Assembly: GCA_023213395.1 (NCBI GenBank)
Contig: CM041465.1
Location: 36,835,741-36,899,740, forward strand
Direction: 5' to 3'
DNA length: 64,000 nucleotides
DNA from: Cycas panzhihuaensis
Lineage: Eukaryota > Plantae > Cycadophyta
Below, piece by piece: positions 27,946-42,670 of the stretch. The notes beneath the pieces were generated by a model. That model searched no databases, was not told where the DNA came from, and was given only the letters and a program-made list of their open reading frames with translations. How positions within the stretch are numbered: the first letter of the stretch is position 1; the number at the start of each line of letters is the position of its first letter. The translations under genes and the position numbers were made by a program.

Positions 27946-28808
27946 AATAGATGTCACTCAAAATAAATACCAAGCACAAGCTAGAGCCACAATTTTATAG
28001 GCTATATTGGATCCTTAAACATATGGAAGAGGTGGTTTATGCCCTAGTTTTGTTAGCAAGTACCAAGATTCATAATGTCTTCCATGTATCCTGTTTGAAA
28101 ATGGTTATTGGCCAGTAAGTATAGGCATAGACTAAGCTTCCACCCTTAGATAAAGAAAGAAAACTCTAGTTGATACTAGAACAAGTCCTTGAGGAAAAGT
28201 GCAACATTTATGTTCTTGTCAAATCAAGGAGTATCTCATCAAATAGAAGCACCTTCCATAGGAAGAGTATCTAACAGCATCCAACACTACTTAAACATTG
28301 AGGGTAAAGCTTTTTAAGGGTGGAGGGGGGGGGGGGGGCGCGGGTGGGGACTTGTTATGTACCTAACCTCCTTATAGTGTATCTACCTCCCTTATAATAT
28401 AACTACCTTCTTCCACTATTTTCATGATGTATATTCTTCTTCTTCTTCTTCTTCTTCTCTCTCTCCACTAGTCTCTTATTTTTCTCTTATTATAATTATA
28501 CCACATGCATGAGTTAAGTAGGATAAGTAACTCTAGTAGTCTTATATATATGTCGCTTCACTCTTATTCTTATTATAATTATCCTACATGCATGAGTTAA
28601 GCAAGATAAGTAACTCTAGTAGTCTTAGCTCCACTATTGTAATAAGCATTAGAGAATATTATGACATTGTATAGTTGGGAGGTTGCCCCCTTGAAGAGGC
28701 CCATTACTGTACTTTCTCTTTTGTGATCAATAAAGTTTCTTAAGATTTCCTTGTAAATTGTATTCTTGTTAATTGTTAGGATTTTGGCAAGGTTGTTTGC
28801 ACATAACA
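27946..28808 (+). mobile_element. Gypsy chromovirus 3' end (INT tail, chromodomain remnant, G-rich PPT, 3' LTR 28353-28808)
   Basis: KIHNVFHVSCLK and KEYLIK*KHLP. The G-run PPT lies at about 28318-28350. The LTR is bounded by perfect inverted termini tgttatgt...acataaca. Confidence 0.85.
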
Positions 28809-30963
28809 CTCTTGAAAGTTAGCCAAAAAGAGACATAAATATTGCTAATTTGAGGTTGGCCAGGCTAAGATAGCATGTATAATAAAAGTTGACCAGATTG
28901 TAAAAAGGAATGCTACAAGAATCTAAGGATGAATAATATATCATAAGTGGGAAATAAGTTTGTATATGTAAGAGGGAGAGAGAGAGTAAGAAAAAGAGGG
29001 AGAGATCTGGTTAAGAATTATTGTCCTTTATATATGTTTATATTTATATATAAAATGTAAGTATAATTATCATAAAAAATAGTAATCATTAGTAGTTTCT
29101 AACCTAAATAATCTTCAATTGACTCTAGATATAATAACTCTAACTAATTAACCTCTATTTAAGTTGATTAGTTTAATTAGGCATTATATTAGAGCGAACT
29201 ACTAGGATTATAACATATGTTATAAAACATATTTATTTACACCCAAAAGTAATTACATCTATGGTATATTCATAATAGGTGATATACATTCATGGTATAT
29301 GATATACATAATAAAGTTCATCAATTCCTTCCTTTTTTAGGAAAAAATATCCCTTATTAATTCCCCCCCTTTTTAAGAGATTGTGGTTCATTATTTCCTC
29401 CCTTCTTTAAAGTCCCACATGATTTCCAAGTGGGAGATCATGTTTAGCTCCACTTAGATAAGCATAAATTCAAGCATCATGGTTACCATAAGCTTAAGCT
29501 CATCCAAGTTAGGCCATACAAAATCATTTCGGTCATAGGAAACAATGCCTTTTTCCATGAACTACCAACTCACCTTAGAATGCATAATGTCTTTAATATC
29601 AACAACCTTAAGAGGTATGAGTTGCCTATGTTAGAAGAAAAGCTTGAAGTGGAACTTCCAAAAGACATAATACCTAACTTCCAAGCTTAATTTCTAAAAG
29701 ATACCCTTTTGGATACCAAAACATGTACAACATATCACAAATAAATCATCACATAAATAATGGGCAAGAAGGATGACTTACCTATGTAGGATAAGAGGAT
29801 TTCATAAGTAACATTAGAGCAAGGCTTTCTAAATCTACAATAGTTGGCAAATTTGGAGATAATTTCCTCATAAGTACGGAGGAATGACTTGTATTTTTAT
29901 GAATAAGTACCTAAATAATACCGGGTTATCTTTTGTACTTTTTCACAACTCTTTTAAGTGTTTTGAGGAGGCCAACTTTCTCCTTGGAATATAATTTCTT
30001 CTTCCACTTACATATCAAAATTGATTGCACCAATACGTAGTTATTATTGTTATATAAATGTAGGCTTCTAATCTAATATTTTTTTAGAGGTTGGTCACTG
30101 CCAAGAATGGGAACCCAACATTATTATTATAAATATGATATGTAACTCATGAAATTTATGGATTTTTTAGAAACTAAACTAATGAAGGAAGTTACAAAAT
30201 AAAATTATATTTTATGTAGCTAACCAAATTTATAAAGATATTATACATAGGATATTAATGATTTTAGTCAAATAAAATACCTTTGAATGCAAAAATAAAG
30301 GTATAATATATTAATGTATTACTACATTAAGGTAAAACATGTAAAAAATATAAAATTGATTATAGATAGATATATAAATGCAGTTTTTGATGTGTTGAAA
30401 AGATAAGTGGTGGTAATAATAGTGATGGGATGTAAATAGAGTACTAATTATGTTGTTCTCTATAATTAATCCACTTAATATCCATTCCTTATAAATACAA
30501 GCCATAACAATAATGAAAATATGTGTTGTAATTCCTAATCATGACTTGGATATAGATATATGATAGATATTAGAGTTATAAATGATTTATTACTATTTAT
30601 TATATATAATAATGGTAAATTAATAAGTAAATTTAGGAAGATTTATGGGATCAGTGTGTATCATATACCATAAATCTACTCTAAACTCCTTATATATCCC
30701 ATAGAAAATAGAGATGGTTTAATGTACAAAAAAATGCATAATAAAACTTAAATAGAATTTTTTTTTAAGTCCATTGTTTAGTCTTTTTAAATATGCTTAA
30801 CAACCCTCCTTAAAAATAAATAAAATATAGAGAATATAACAATATTTTTTTAATAAAGAAAGCATTCAAAAAATAATTACCATTATTTTTAAATCAAAAA
30901 ATCTATTTCAGTTTTTAAAAAATTAAACTTAGAGAAAAACTCTATCATAAATATAGGCAATTC

Positions 30964-33380
30964 TATTACCGAACTCAATTGAGGCTACTTCATGTTGAGT
31001 TAATGACTCATGTGGATTAATCAAAAGATATAAAGAGATGAGAGTATCAAGGATTCAATAGGGCATGATGAAAGTCTTGAGACATGATGAAAGGTCACAA
31101 TACATCATGAAGAGTTGGAGCTATTGGTTAGATATACCTCTTGGGGTATTATAAATAGGAGCCCTATATTGGTTATTTGATTTGAATAAGAATGAAAATC
31201 AACATATGAGTGTACTAAGGTACATCAATCCATAACAAGTTGGACCACCAAGGTGGAGTGATCTTAATATGTCATGAGACTAAGTTGTGTCTTAGTATAA
31301 TAAAATCATCCTGAACTTGACCATGGGTTTTCTCTTGTAAATGTTTCCTATATAAATATTTGTATATTATTCTCTAAATGTTTGTTGTGCATTATTAAGA
31401 TCTTATTTATATATGTTAAAGTTTCTTCATATGGTATCAAAGCCAATGGAGGTACATAATTGAGGCAGAGTAGGTTTAGAGCTAAATCAAGTCAAAGGTT
31501 ATTTGGTAACACTAATAAGAGCCCTAAAGTGGTGATATTAATTCTTTCTAATTGATAGGAAATAAAATAGTAGTGTATGATCATAAAATGTAGAAAATGA
31601 GTCATTCAAGGCATGCTTTTTATCCATTCATGATCTCTACTAATTGTTGAATATCGTTGAAGACCTCAAAAGAGTCCAACCTTTTTTCTACAATATGAGG
31701 TGGAGGATAGGCTTATGCGGATAATCTAAGATATGATTACACCATTTAAAGTAATAAAAATCTTTGTTGGAAACATTTAACTCATGTAAAGCTAGTGATA
31801 GCATTATTATGAAAAGGCATATAAATAATGTAGAGAAGGACCTAAGAGAGATTTATAATAATAATGGGTCTAACCATGAGTTGAATTATCACTTAATTAA
31901 AGGTGAGGTATAGAAGCTAGACCATATTAATTCACCTTCAGAGGAGGAGAAATATTTTCCTATCTTATGGGATTTATACAAACTCACCATATACATGCAG
32001 GGGTAACAAGGACATGTTGCTTAACATGTATGAGCACAATGGGTACTTGTACTAGAGTAATAATAATATGGGAGCACAAATCCACGGTTAGGATTAATAC
32101 ACATACGAACAGATGCTACATAAGTGAGACACTTATGACTACTCATGTGCATTGACTTAAATGCCATTGCCAAGCCATTAATAACTAAGTTTTTATGAGC
32201 ATGTGGAGGACAAGGGTGAGCCTTACCCACTAGACACCAAAAGATAGTTTTTAGTACCTTGAAGTACATGGCTCCAAGTGAGTAGCATTGTAAAAGGAAC
32301 TATCTATAAGTAGTTGGCATAGTGAGGATTATTTCTAATTTTATCATTTGTAGCCATGATACCCTATGATACTGTTAGATAATGTGACAACAAATGGTTT
32401 GGAGGCTAAAATTTTGATAGGTTGGCAACACGGTTTCCCTCCCAAATCTTTCTTGGGGGGTTCCAAGGGCAGCAAGAGCCCCCTTTGGCTAGGGGGATGT
32501 AAGGGTTGTGGAACGCCCCCCGCAAAGAGGGGGGTCGGGGGCGATAGCCCCTGACTCGAAAAGCTTACATTGGAAAGTATATTAAATTGTAAAGAGAATC
32601 AGGGTCGTTCGCTCAAAATACCTTAGATTCTACGGTCAAGATTTGAGCCTTGTATGACTCTCTCATGTAGCCTGATTTAGGGCATTTTTCATTATGTTGA
32701 TGTTGTTCGATGTACTCTGAGAAGTTGGGCGACTAGTTGTTGTTGCTGTGAGCACTCTGCCACAGATTATGTACATTTTCTCCATTCTTTGATAATAAAG
32801 ATCGATACCTTTCTTGTGTGGATGTTTCCCTAGTACACTACTAGGGTTTTACCATGTTATATTGGGTGTATATGTGATGCTTGGCTTTCTTGTTCATTTT
32901 ATTGTATTATCTCTAGTTTAAGAACTTGCATGTTAAATTTTAGTTTCGATTCGTATAACTAGTTGCAATAATAGTTTAGATCTTGGTGGCAGTTTTAGGG
33001 TATTGGGACCTTATCTTCTCAACAGATACAGCCTAAGCTCATTAGTGAAGTTAGAACTGATGTAAGATAGAATAGGCAGACATGGTGATTTTATACTTCA
33101 CAACTTATATTGTGGCCTTGGGTGTGAATATGATTATAATCACTACAACCAAGGGTTGAGTACTAAGGGCAAATGACATGTATGAGAAGTGTGTTATTGT
33201 CATCTGTAATATGGCAATGAGAATCATTGATGAGGAAGGTTGGTACCCCACAATTGTGAGACAATGTGGCCCTATTGGTAACTACCTTATATACCCAAGA
33301 CTTGAGGAAACATTATAATGAATAATGGCATGTACTAATGAGGGAATCACTACATCCCTTGTTGAGTGGGAATAATGACT
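30964..33380 (+). mobile_element. Decayed LTR element: 5' LTR 30964-31431, PBS, unrecognisable internal region
   Basis: The LTR contains tataaatag and is followed directly by TGGTATCAAAGCC (31432). A homologous solo LTR lies at 44002-44451. The right end is uncertain. Confidence 0.7.
32373..33024 (+). mobile_element. Solo LTR (652 bp) with perfect 5-bp TSD
   Basis: tgttaga...ctcaaca is flanked by GATAC at 32368-32372 and 33025-33029. GC-rich block at 32455-32552. Confidence 0.9.
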
Positions 33381-33745
33381 TATTACAACTCAGATCTATG
33401 TGGAAGTTAAGTTATATTAACAAAAAAAATCACAATTTAAGAGTACAAAATAAGAGTAGTTAAATGGAATGATGAGGGATACTCCTTAGTTCAGGTTTAC
33501 AAAGATGTATAAATTAACCATAATAATGCCACATATATAGGCGATAATGGTGTAAAGTTTAGGCATTGATTATGCTATATTGATTAGTTGTGATGTTTTG
33601 AGAATCAACATAATATATCAAACAATTTGTATAATATATATTTAAGGTTTAAGACCTTAAATTAATTGAAATTAGATCAATTGGCATATTATTAAAATGA
33701 TATAAGAACCATCAAAGAATAATAACATTATCATAAGATAGTTTA

Positions 33746-36700
33746 TGTCATGTTTCAAAAGTCAAAAGAAGTTGATGAACTTGGTTCTTAGGAAGATTAA
33801 TGACGAATTATCTAGTTTATATTTATTGTGAAGTTAGTATTTTTTAGGAGAGATAATTAATAGTTGGTTTTAGAAAAAGAAAAAAAAGGTTATAAATAAA
33901 GGATCATCATTCATTTATAAATCATCTTTAGAGAACTTGATATTTTAGATCTAGACTAATGGCCTAGAGCCATTAAAGCACTATTGTGCCATTTTGGGAA
34001 GAAACCCTTGCATCAAAGATGGGGAGATATCATTGCTATTTCATTTAGTATTTAATATTTACTATATTATGTTTGATATTAATCTTATATTATTATATGG
34101 TTTATTATTATATCTAAATTATTAAGGATATTTATAGTTATTTATGATGGGCATCAGTACAAGTAGTATTCGAGCCTTGTTTTTTGGAGTATAAATAGAA
34201 GAATTTTAGAAAATTAACCATAAATTTGAGTTGACTAGGCCTAAACTATAAATTTTGAATAGTTATATCATAAGTTTTAGAGTGAAATTACAAAAATTAT
34301 AGGGAATTTAATTTTAACTTATTGTCTATCATTATCCTTAGGGCTTAAAATTTGCTACCATAACTTCAAATAGCCATAACTTTTACTACAGGTATCTCAT
34401 TAACCTTAATTTTTTTTAATCTTTGCATCTCAACGTCTACTATCTATTAGAATTAGTTTTAGATCCACCGAATATTTAGAGTAAAATGCTATCAACATTT
34501 TATTAATATGTATTGATACAATCCTAAAAACCCTAATTGTGACCCACATTAAAAGGGCCATAATAATTGTTATATGGATTCAAATAACCTCTTTTTTTTT
34601 TTTTTTTCTTTGGTGTAGCTTGAACTATAGATTACTTAGAAGAAATAATTTTGCAATTTGGAGATCCAGTTCAAACCTTATTATTATTTTAAAAGATGGT
34701 ACTATTATTGTCCTAAAATTTAATTTTTTTATCCAACTTATGGCGGCCACTATAAGAGCTACAAAGTTCTAAATCACCTCAAACTAGGCCCATTGGAGAC
34801 ATTTTGAAGTCCTTTCTACTTAGGAAAAGAGATCGCTCAATTTAGGTTAGTGGAGAAAAAGTTATATTACCTAGATATTTTCATCCATAATAGATGCCAA
34901 ATTTTAATTTTGTCTAAATCATTATAATCTTGTTTTAGAGACGATCAATTTGAGTGGTTATCTGGTATATTTAATAGGTGCAAAATATATATTTTAATCC
35001 TTGAAGATGTAAGTCTTATTGACATAAAGAAAAGATGGATAACTTTGAAAGATTAATACAAAAGATCTACTTAATAGAAGAACATTTGAAATTCTCTTTT
35101 AGAGAAAGCATAACAACCAAACAATGGCTCCAATGTGTCAAATAACATTATAAATTCTCATTAGAATAGAATTTAATATTTATAAACCTTGTATTTAATA
35201 TTTTTTTATAAGAGAAACTCTTAATTGGTTCATTGATTGGTCAAATAAAAAAGAAAGAGATCCTCTTGATTAGTTTTAGTTTCAAGCTTATTTTAAACTA
35301 GTTGTTGAGTGATGGAAGCAAGTGTAGGAGAAAATTAATGTTGTCAAAGAAGTAGAGAAATAAGATGAACACATGGAAGAAGAAGAAAAATAAACTACTA
35401 ATGAGGAGATTTAAGAACATGGAGAGGTTCCATTTCAGAGGGAACAATACAATAACACTAAAGACACAAAGCAGGTGCAAATGGTGACTAATTACTTTGT
35501 AGAAAAATCTAAAGATATGTTAGTTAAAACCAAGGAAAAGATTAAGGATCAACCTATGCAGGATGTAGAAGAAGCCAAATAATTGACTGAAGCCCACGAG
35601 GCACTTGGCACAATTATTACCCCTATTTTACACATGCATATTTTATTTGGTAGTCTCATTTTCCCTTTGTCTTTTCCATGTGTAATAGTTGTAGAGAAAT
35701 CCTCTTTCTCCTATCCCATAGCTAGCTAAACCCCTAACCCTCTTAACTTTAGGTTCTTCATAGGATAAATCCTAATTCCACTTTACAACACTAATTTAAT
35801 TCTATACTTATGCATCCCTTTACCCCTTATATACCATCCTCAATAAGATATTCTAAAGTTTCAATCCTCACTTCATTATATTTCATTTCCTAATACTAAA
35901 ATTATCCCCTATAAAAACTTATCCTATCTATCAAGAACCTCCTTAATTCTATACTACCAACATTCATTTTTTCTATTAAATTCTTTACATAATTCTACCC
36001 CAATTTTTGAACACCCATTTAAATCCTTATCCCATAAAGAACACCTATCCTTGATCCTACATCTATCTTTTTCCATAAAATATTTTAGTGGTTTAACCAA
36101 TACCTTTATAATCCTTACCCCTATTCAAATAAACTTTCAAGTCTAATATACTTTTTATAATATATCCTTTTCATCCTTATTTCCTATAACTCCCAGTTTA
36201 TGGCTGATCATCCATCAGAATCCCACTTCCCCTACTTCCTCTTACACTAGGCAATCATCAAACCATGGTCCCTTTAATCAATTCTTCTCTAAACTACTAA
36301 AATTACATTATAAGTTTTTGTACAAAATTTCTCAATATTCTAATCACCTCTCAGTCCACAAGCATGTTATTTGAGGATACAATATGTAAATATAAATATA
36401 AAGGCCAAGCATTAGAGGCATAATATAAATCCTAGGATCACCTTAATATAGGACAAGATACAACATGCTCTTAGTCCCTAGATTAAGGATCTACCTATTC
36501 AAATCATTCATTAGTAATTTCAAATAGAAGTTGCAACATTGGACCTAATTTTTATGACATATAAGAAATAGTAGCTGATGGTTGGAATCATTCGTCAAAG
36601 TGGGACTAACAAGTTCTATATGCAACTATCCACACTTCGAGGGTGAAGTATTCCAAGGAGGGGTGAGTTGTTATGTTCTAAAAGTTAAAAGAAGTTGATG

Positions 36701-37143
36701 AAGTCAGTTTTTTAGGAAGATTAAAAAAGAATTATCTAATTTATATTTATTATGAAGTCATTATTTTTTAGGAGAGATAATTAATAGATGGTTTTAGAGA
36801 GAGAAAAAAGGCTATAAATAAAGGAGCCTCATTCATTTGTAAATCATCTTGGAGAAGTTTAATATTTTTGAACTGATGGCCTCACACCATTAAGGCACAT
36901 TATACCAAATTAGAGGACTCCCCTTGCCTCAAAGAGAGTACTATTGCTATGGATATTTTCATTTGTTATATTATAATTATTATTGATTATTTCTATGATT
37001 ACTTTGTGGATGATTCCTTCTTATGGATAATGAATTCTACTTTGATTAACATGAGGTATACATGTTGGATTTATTATTATTTCTAGAGATCTTTTGTTAT
37101 GAATATTATCAATTTTTATAGTATATGTATGGGCACCACTATA
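33746..37143 (+). mobile_element. Complete non-autonomous LTR element (3.4 kb, no pol; TR-GAG/LARD-like), copy 2
   Basis: Colinear LTRs 33746-34161 and 36669-37143. Degenerate PBS tagtattcgagcc and PPT ggaggggtgag. Gag-like remnant at about 35030-35260 (QWLQCVK...LNWFIDW). No RT or INT motif is visible. Confidence 0.85.
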
Positions 37144-37587
37144 ATTGAGTATCATGTTTGATTTTTTTTTTTAAAGAAAAATGGGCAACCATGTAGAAAA
37201 TTATGAATAATAACACCTTTTTTAATACAAAGAAAACACAATATAAAATAGTGATTTCAAATCCATGGAGTAGTGAAATTACATTTGACTCATTCCAAAG
37301 TTAATAAACAATAATCCAAGCTATGGAGTATTGTTGTTGAGCATTGTATAAGTTATACACTATAAATATACATCTATTAATGCAATCAAAGGCAATACAA
37401 AAATGTATGATATATAGCATAGGCTACATTATAGGAAAGTCTCATTGAGGTTGTGTTGGGGATTAACACAAGATAATGTAATGATAATCCAATTGATGAA
37501 AGTATTAAAGAATCAATGAAGCTATGGTGTATTGTTGAGAAGTAAAAGTAACCAATATCTAAAGTTGTATAGCATTTATGAGACACA

Positions 37588-40500
37588 TGATGATATGATT
37601 CCTTTCGAGAATCCTTTACACCTAATTAGAAAATAGAAATACATAACACAAATGGACACAAAAATTGGCACTAAAAGATTACACTAAATGGGCAACAATA
37701 ATTTCTCATTCAAAAACTAGTTGCTTTTACATTCATAAGGCCTTAAATAAGTAAAATGATTGTTTAGTCCATATATCTTATTAGAGAGGTATTTGGCCTT
37801 TATTTTCATTGGTGGCTCTAAGTGATCTGCACATGCCTTTTAATAGTTAATATTAACATCTGCCTCTTACTAATAAAAAGTACCTTCACAAGAGTTTTGT
37901 TAACTATTAGTAGTTATATAACAAGTCCCCTCTCTTGAGACAATGAGTCCCCGTAGCATAATAGGTGTGGATGTTGCTTAATGAATTCATTTGGTTGCCA
38001 TGTTACTTCCTTCATCCCATTGTTGGTCCATTGCACAAAGTGCTTAGATATGGTTCTATTCCAAAGACTGTGGTGTCTAGTTTCTAAGATATGGTCTAGG
38101 GGAACAATTAGGAGTTATTCTTCAGTAAGGATAGAGAGAGTAGTTTGTGGGATAACGAACTTGTCAAGGAGCTTTTTAAGGTATGACACATGGAAGACAT
38201 TATGGATCTTAGTGTCATAAGGGAGCTCAAGAACATATGTAACTTCCTGAATACATTAGTTAACCTTGTAAGGACCATAGTATTGAGGACTAAGTTTATG
38301 GTTTGTGTTATAATGGAGTGACTACTGCTTATAGGGTTGGAGGCAAACAAGGATCATATTGCCAATGGAAAAGGTTCAATTAGAGTGGTGGCAGTTGGTC
38401 AGTTACTTTATGTGATTTTGAACCATGGCCATATTTTATTTGAGTGTGTTTAGGATTTGGTCCATATCTTATAATTTCTATTATATTGAGGTTATATGCA
38501 GGTTAATGGCCAATGTATGGTAGGATAATAGGGGATAACCATAAAGGACCATGAATGGGGACATGGCAATTACAAAGTGATAGGAATAGTTATACCAATA
38601 TTACGCTAAAGCTAACTAGGAAGTCCATCATTTTTAATGTTCAGATGTAAAACAACAGAGATATATCTCTAAGATTCGATTGAGGACCTTCGTTTAACCA
38701 TTCATTTAAGGGTGGTACGAGGAACTTATATTGAAGGAGGTGTCAACTACATGAAAGAGTTCTTGCCAAAATGAAGACATGAATTTGGGATTCTAATCTC
38801 AGACTATGGTGGATGGAAGACTATAGGGGTAAAAAATAAATTGGATATAGAGGCCTGTTAGGCGGGGGGCTTGGTAGGATGTGTGAACTAGTAGAAAATG
38901 TGCACATTTTGTTAATAGATTAATGATTACCTAAATAGAGTCATTTTCGGCTAAGGATGGAAGACCTATGGCAAATTCTATGGTGATACCTTGCCATTTA
39001 CCTTGTGGGATTTGAAGGGGTTGGAGGAGCCTAGGCTAAGCCTTTGTGTCTGTCTTATTATGTTGGCAAATGTTGCATTCTAATATGAAGGTTAGTATAG
39101 AAGATTTCCTTTAAGACTAATAAAAGTTAAAGTCGATGTGATGATAGGTTTTATCAAAACTTGAGTGACCTCCTAAGGGGGTGGTATGGTACTCAGTCAA
39201 GATACAAAGAATAAAAGGGGAGGATAGATGGACAAAGATTCAATTTTTATATAGAAGATGGGTATTATACAAGGTCTAATCCTTCTAAGTTTGAATTTTT
39301 TAGGACCACTTACTAAATCAAGTTCGGATTGGTTATCTTCAACAATTCTTGGAGCCACTTAGATTGAGGGGTAGAGATGGCTTATAGGATAGGCTTATAG
39401 GGGTCAAAAGGGAGATGAGAGAGACCATTAACTACAACATTTTCTTTGACCTTTTTATAATATATGGTAAATTTAAACACTTGGAAGTGATCGACCTACC
39501 TTGCTTATTCTTTATAAAGGACAAGCTAAGAAAGGAGGCAGTACAAACTATGATGGTCAGTTAAAATAGTAAATTTGGATCAGAGTAAATACGGATGCTA
39601 CTTATCAACTACATTGAGGATGGCCCTTATTTCTTTTTGGTAAGTTAGAAGTTGGAATTCATGGTCCTTTAGTTTTTAACTTTCAAAGGTAATTAGATGG
39701 AAATCCTTCATAAGGATAACTCCTAAGCCTATGTTGGATGCATCACATTCGAGTTGGAAGGATTTAGAAAAGTCTAGGGTGGTTAATACAGAGGTCATGG
39801 ATATGATTAATTTGAGATGGTTGAAGGCTTCATCTGCATTAGAGGACCACTAAAAGGAATCTTTGCACAATAAATTAATTAGAGAGGTGATAATGGAAGT
39901 ATAATTTTTAATAAATTTATGATAGAAACCTATGAGTCTAAGGAAAGCTCATAGTTAAGCGAGAGTCCTAGGGGTGGGCCACATGATGATAGCTAAAATT
40001 TTATTAGGATCTACTCGAACTCCTTCTGCCAAGATGATATGGCCCATATATTGGAGTTTACTGTTCCTAAATTTATACTTAGTCAGTTTTACATATAGTT
40101 TATATTGGGAGAGAAGCTAAAGGGTAATTTAAAGATGTTATAGATGGGTAGACATGTAGGAACTATAGATAAGGATGTCATAAAAAAAGACAATGATAAA
40201 CTTGCGAAGGTGGTGGCCAATGATCTTGTTCATTAGGCCTTAAAATGTGGCAAATGCATTACATAATCTGAACGACATAACCTAAAATTAAAAATACTCA
40301 TGGTGTGTTCGAAAAGTAGTTTTATGATGGTCTTTAAGGATGATGAGGTTTTGATAATGTCCTAATTGGAGGTCCAATTTGGAAAAAACGATGGCCCCAT
40401 AAATTTCATCCAACATATCATTAATGTAAAGAGTTAAGAATTTATTTTTAATTGTTAGTTTATTGAGCTCCTGATAATCGACATAGAGTCAAAATGAGCT

Positions 40501-42100
40501 ATCCTTTTTTCAGACAAGTATAATAGGAGCTACGTAAAGGATTTTACTAGGTTAGATTATCCCCATGTCCATAAGCTCTATTGTGATTTATTCAATTTTA
40601 TTTTTTTAGAAGTAAGAGTTGTGATATGGTTATAGGCTAATGGGGTTGTAGAGGTTTTAAAGTTTGATAGTGTGGTGGAAACCTTAGTTTGGGGGGGGTT
40701 GCTAGAAAGTGGATCAAAGACAAATTGATACTTGATGAGAATGGGTTGGATGCCAAGGTGAATGTCATCTTGAGGTTGAATATTATTGAGGCGAACTATG
40801 TAACTAATGCTACTATTCAATTATCTACTCATTTATTTCAAGGTTAAGAGTCCATTGGGAGGCAGTTGAAGCTTATATAATTTGTGGGTTTATCCAAAGT
40901 GGTCTTTGAATAGAATGAATAGGTTGGTGGGTGAATTATTAGTATTGTAAGTACCAAGGATTTGGAGCCATTGAACTCCTAGGATGGCATTAGATCTGCT
41001 TATGGAAAGGGCATAAAAATTAGAATCTAGTTAGTATATACCAATTTGGATGTAGAGATTTTTAATGAGGCCTATATAGTGGAGTTTGTAGTGTCCTTGT
41101 AAAGAGCAGGTAAACCCAGTTTTTAATACTATATATAGGTTAAGTTATCTGGCCAGGGAGATATTAATGAAGTTAAGTGATATGCCACCATCGATTAGGA
41201 TGGTTATGGGGGTCTTCTTTAATATATCCTTAACTCAGAGGGGTTCAGGGTAATTGTAGAGGAAACAATAAAAAGAGAAACTTCAAGGTTTGGTTTAGGA
41301 TCGATGGAGAAATCAATGACTAGATCTTCCTCAAGCTTAGTGCTCGTATCTGGATCTTCATCAATTGAGATTGTAGGATCAATGATGAAGACCATACATT
41401 TAGCTATATAGACCTTATCGTATCTGAAAGTCCATTTCTCTATACATTAGATATAAAGGCATGCTTCCTAATGTCTTTTGGCTTTGGCAAGTATTACTCG
41501 CTCAGATCCTATAGATTGTTTAACCAGTGATCGTTCTATTGTGGGTGATCATCCTAACATTCCTTCCATCGGGGTCATGGTCATTATGTGTCTATTAGGT
41601 GGGAGCATGAATACCAAGGTGTATCCATTGAGAAGTGAAGGTGCGCTCTGCTAAAAATTTCTCTTTGACTGCTTTTGCCATGGTTATAACCCATTTTAAA
41701 GTATTTAGTAGGGATGTTTTCAGATATATCTGGATGCGTTTTTTGAGTCTAACCATATAAATTTCAACCAGGGTTGGTTGATCAAGCTATATATTGACCC
41801 TAAAGTTTGGAACTCATTGGTGAAAGCTTTAATTGTCAAGAACTATTTTAGTTGAATAAGCTAGTTGAAAAAGGTTATGCTAATGATATGCGAAGCCTTG
41901 CATTATAGCTTGGAGCATAGAGGAGGCCATATTGTTGTATATCATCTATGAATGAAGCTTGTGTAAAAGAAAAAGAATAAGCCACTTGAATTAGTATAGA
42001 GAAGTTTCAATGTGAAAAGGAACCATTAAAAAGAGGAAATCATATCCTATTTAAAGGTGTGGAGACTTTTGCAGGTGTGTGGCATATAGAGAAACCGAGT
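37588..42100 (-). mobile_element. Decayed Ty3/Gypsy chromovirus (gag to chromodomain, PPT, 3' LTR about 37588-37923); 5' LTR missing
   Basis: Minus-strand remnants of ILIDGGISLNFI (PR), VMSFRLCNAFATF (RT), LECDASN (RH), SSYHP (INT), IHNVFHVSYLKK, and chromodomain HFVQWTN..EVTW. PPT gagaggggac then tgttatata at 37923. The left LTR end is approximate. Confidence 0.87.
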
Positions 42101-42267
42101 AATTATATTTTCAAGGACTCAAAAAATATGTCAATTTGAATTCAACGAAATTATCCTTGAGGAGGGATGTATCAAATGCAAATATGACAACAAAGACAAT
42201 TCCTATCTTCACCTATGATAATGAAATTGATTAGAAATTATACAATGGAAATGAGAAGAAAATGTAC

Positions 42268-42670
42268 TTGGTGTCCTCCATTAGAACATTAAGTTAAAAT
42301 TAACTTTGATGGTGCTTCAAAAGGTAATCCAAGAGAGGCTAGAGGGGGCAGGTTATGTAGAAATTTAGAAGGTCGAGTCCTGTGGGCTTTTATGGAGTAT
42401 TATGGCTAATAGATTAACCATAAGATGGAGCTCAAGGCAATACAGACGGCGGTGGAAATGGTTCTAGAGGAAGAAAGTGAAAATGTGATAATTGAAAGAG
42501 ACTTTTTGAATGTGATAAAGATACTCAAAGGAGAAACCAAGGCTGATTAGAAAATTGAAGCTATGATAAGAGATGCTCAAGAAATTCTTAAGGCTAGGGA
42601 GAGCTCTCAGGTCTGCCATATATATAGGGAGGGGAATGGAGATGTAGATAAGCTAGCTAATTAGAGGGGT
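42268..42670 (+). pseudogene. Plant L1/LINE-type RNase H-like domain (RVT_3) remnant
   Basis: WCPP..VKINFDGASKGNP..CRNLEG..ELKAI..VIIERDFLNVI..VCHIYREGNGDVDKLAN, with several stops. Confidence 0.88.

Noticed and set aside
28809-30960. Possible decayed element with a minus-strand PPT near 29400
   Set aside because: No recognisable domain or paired LTR.
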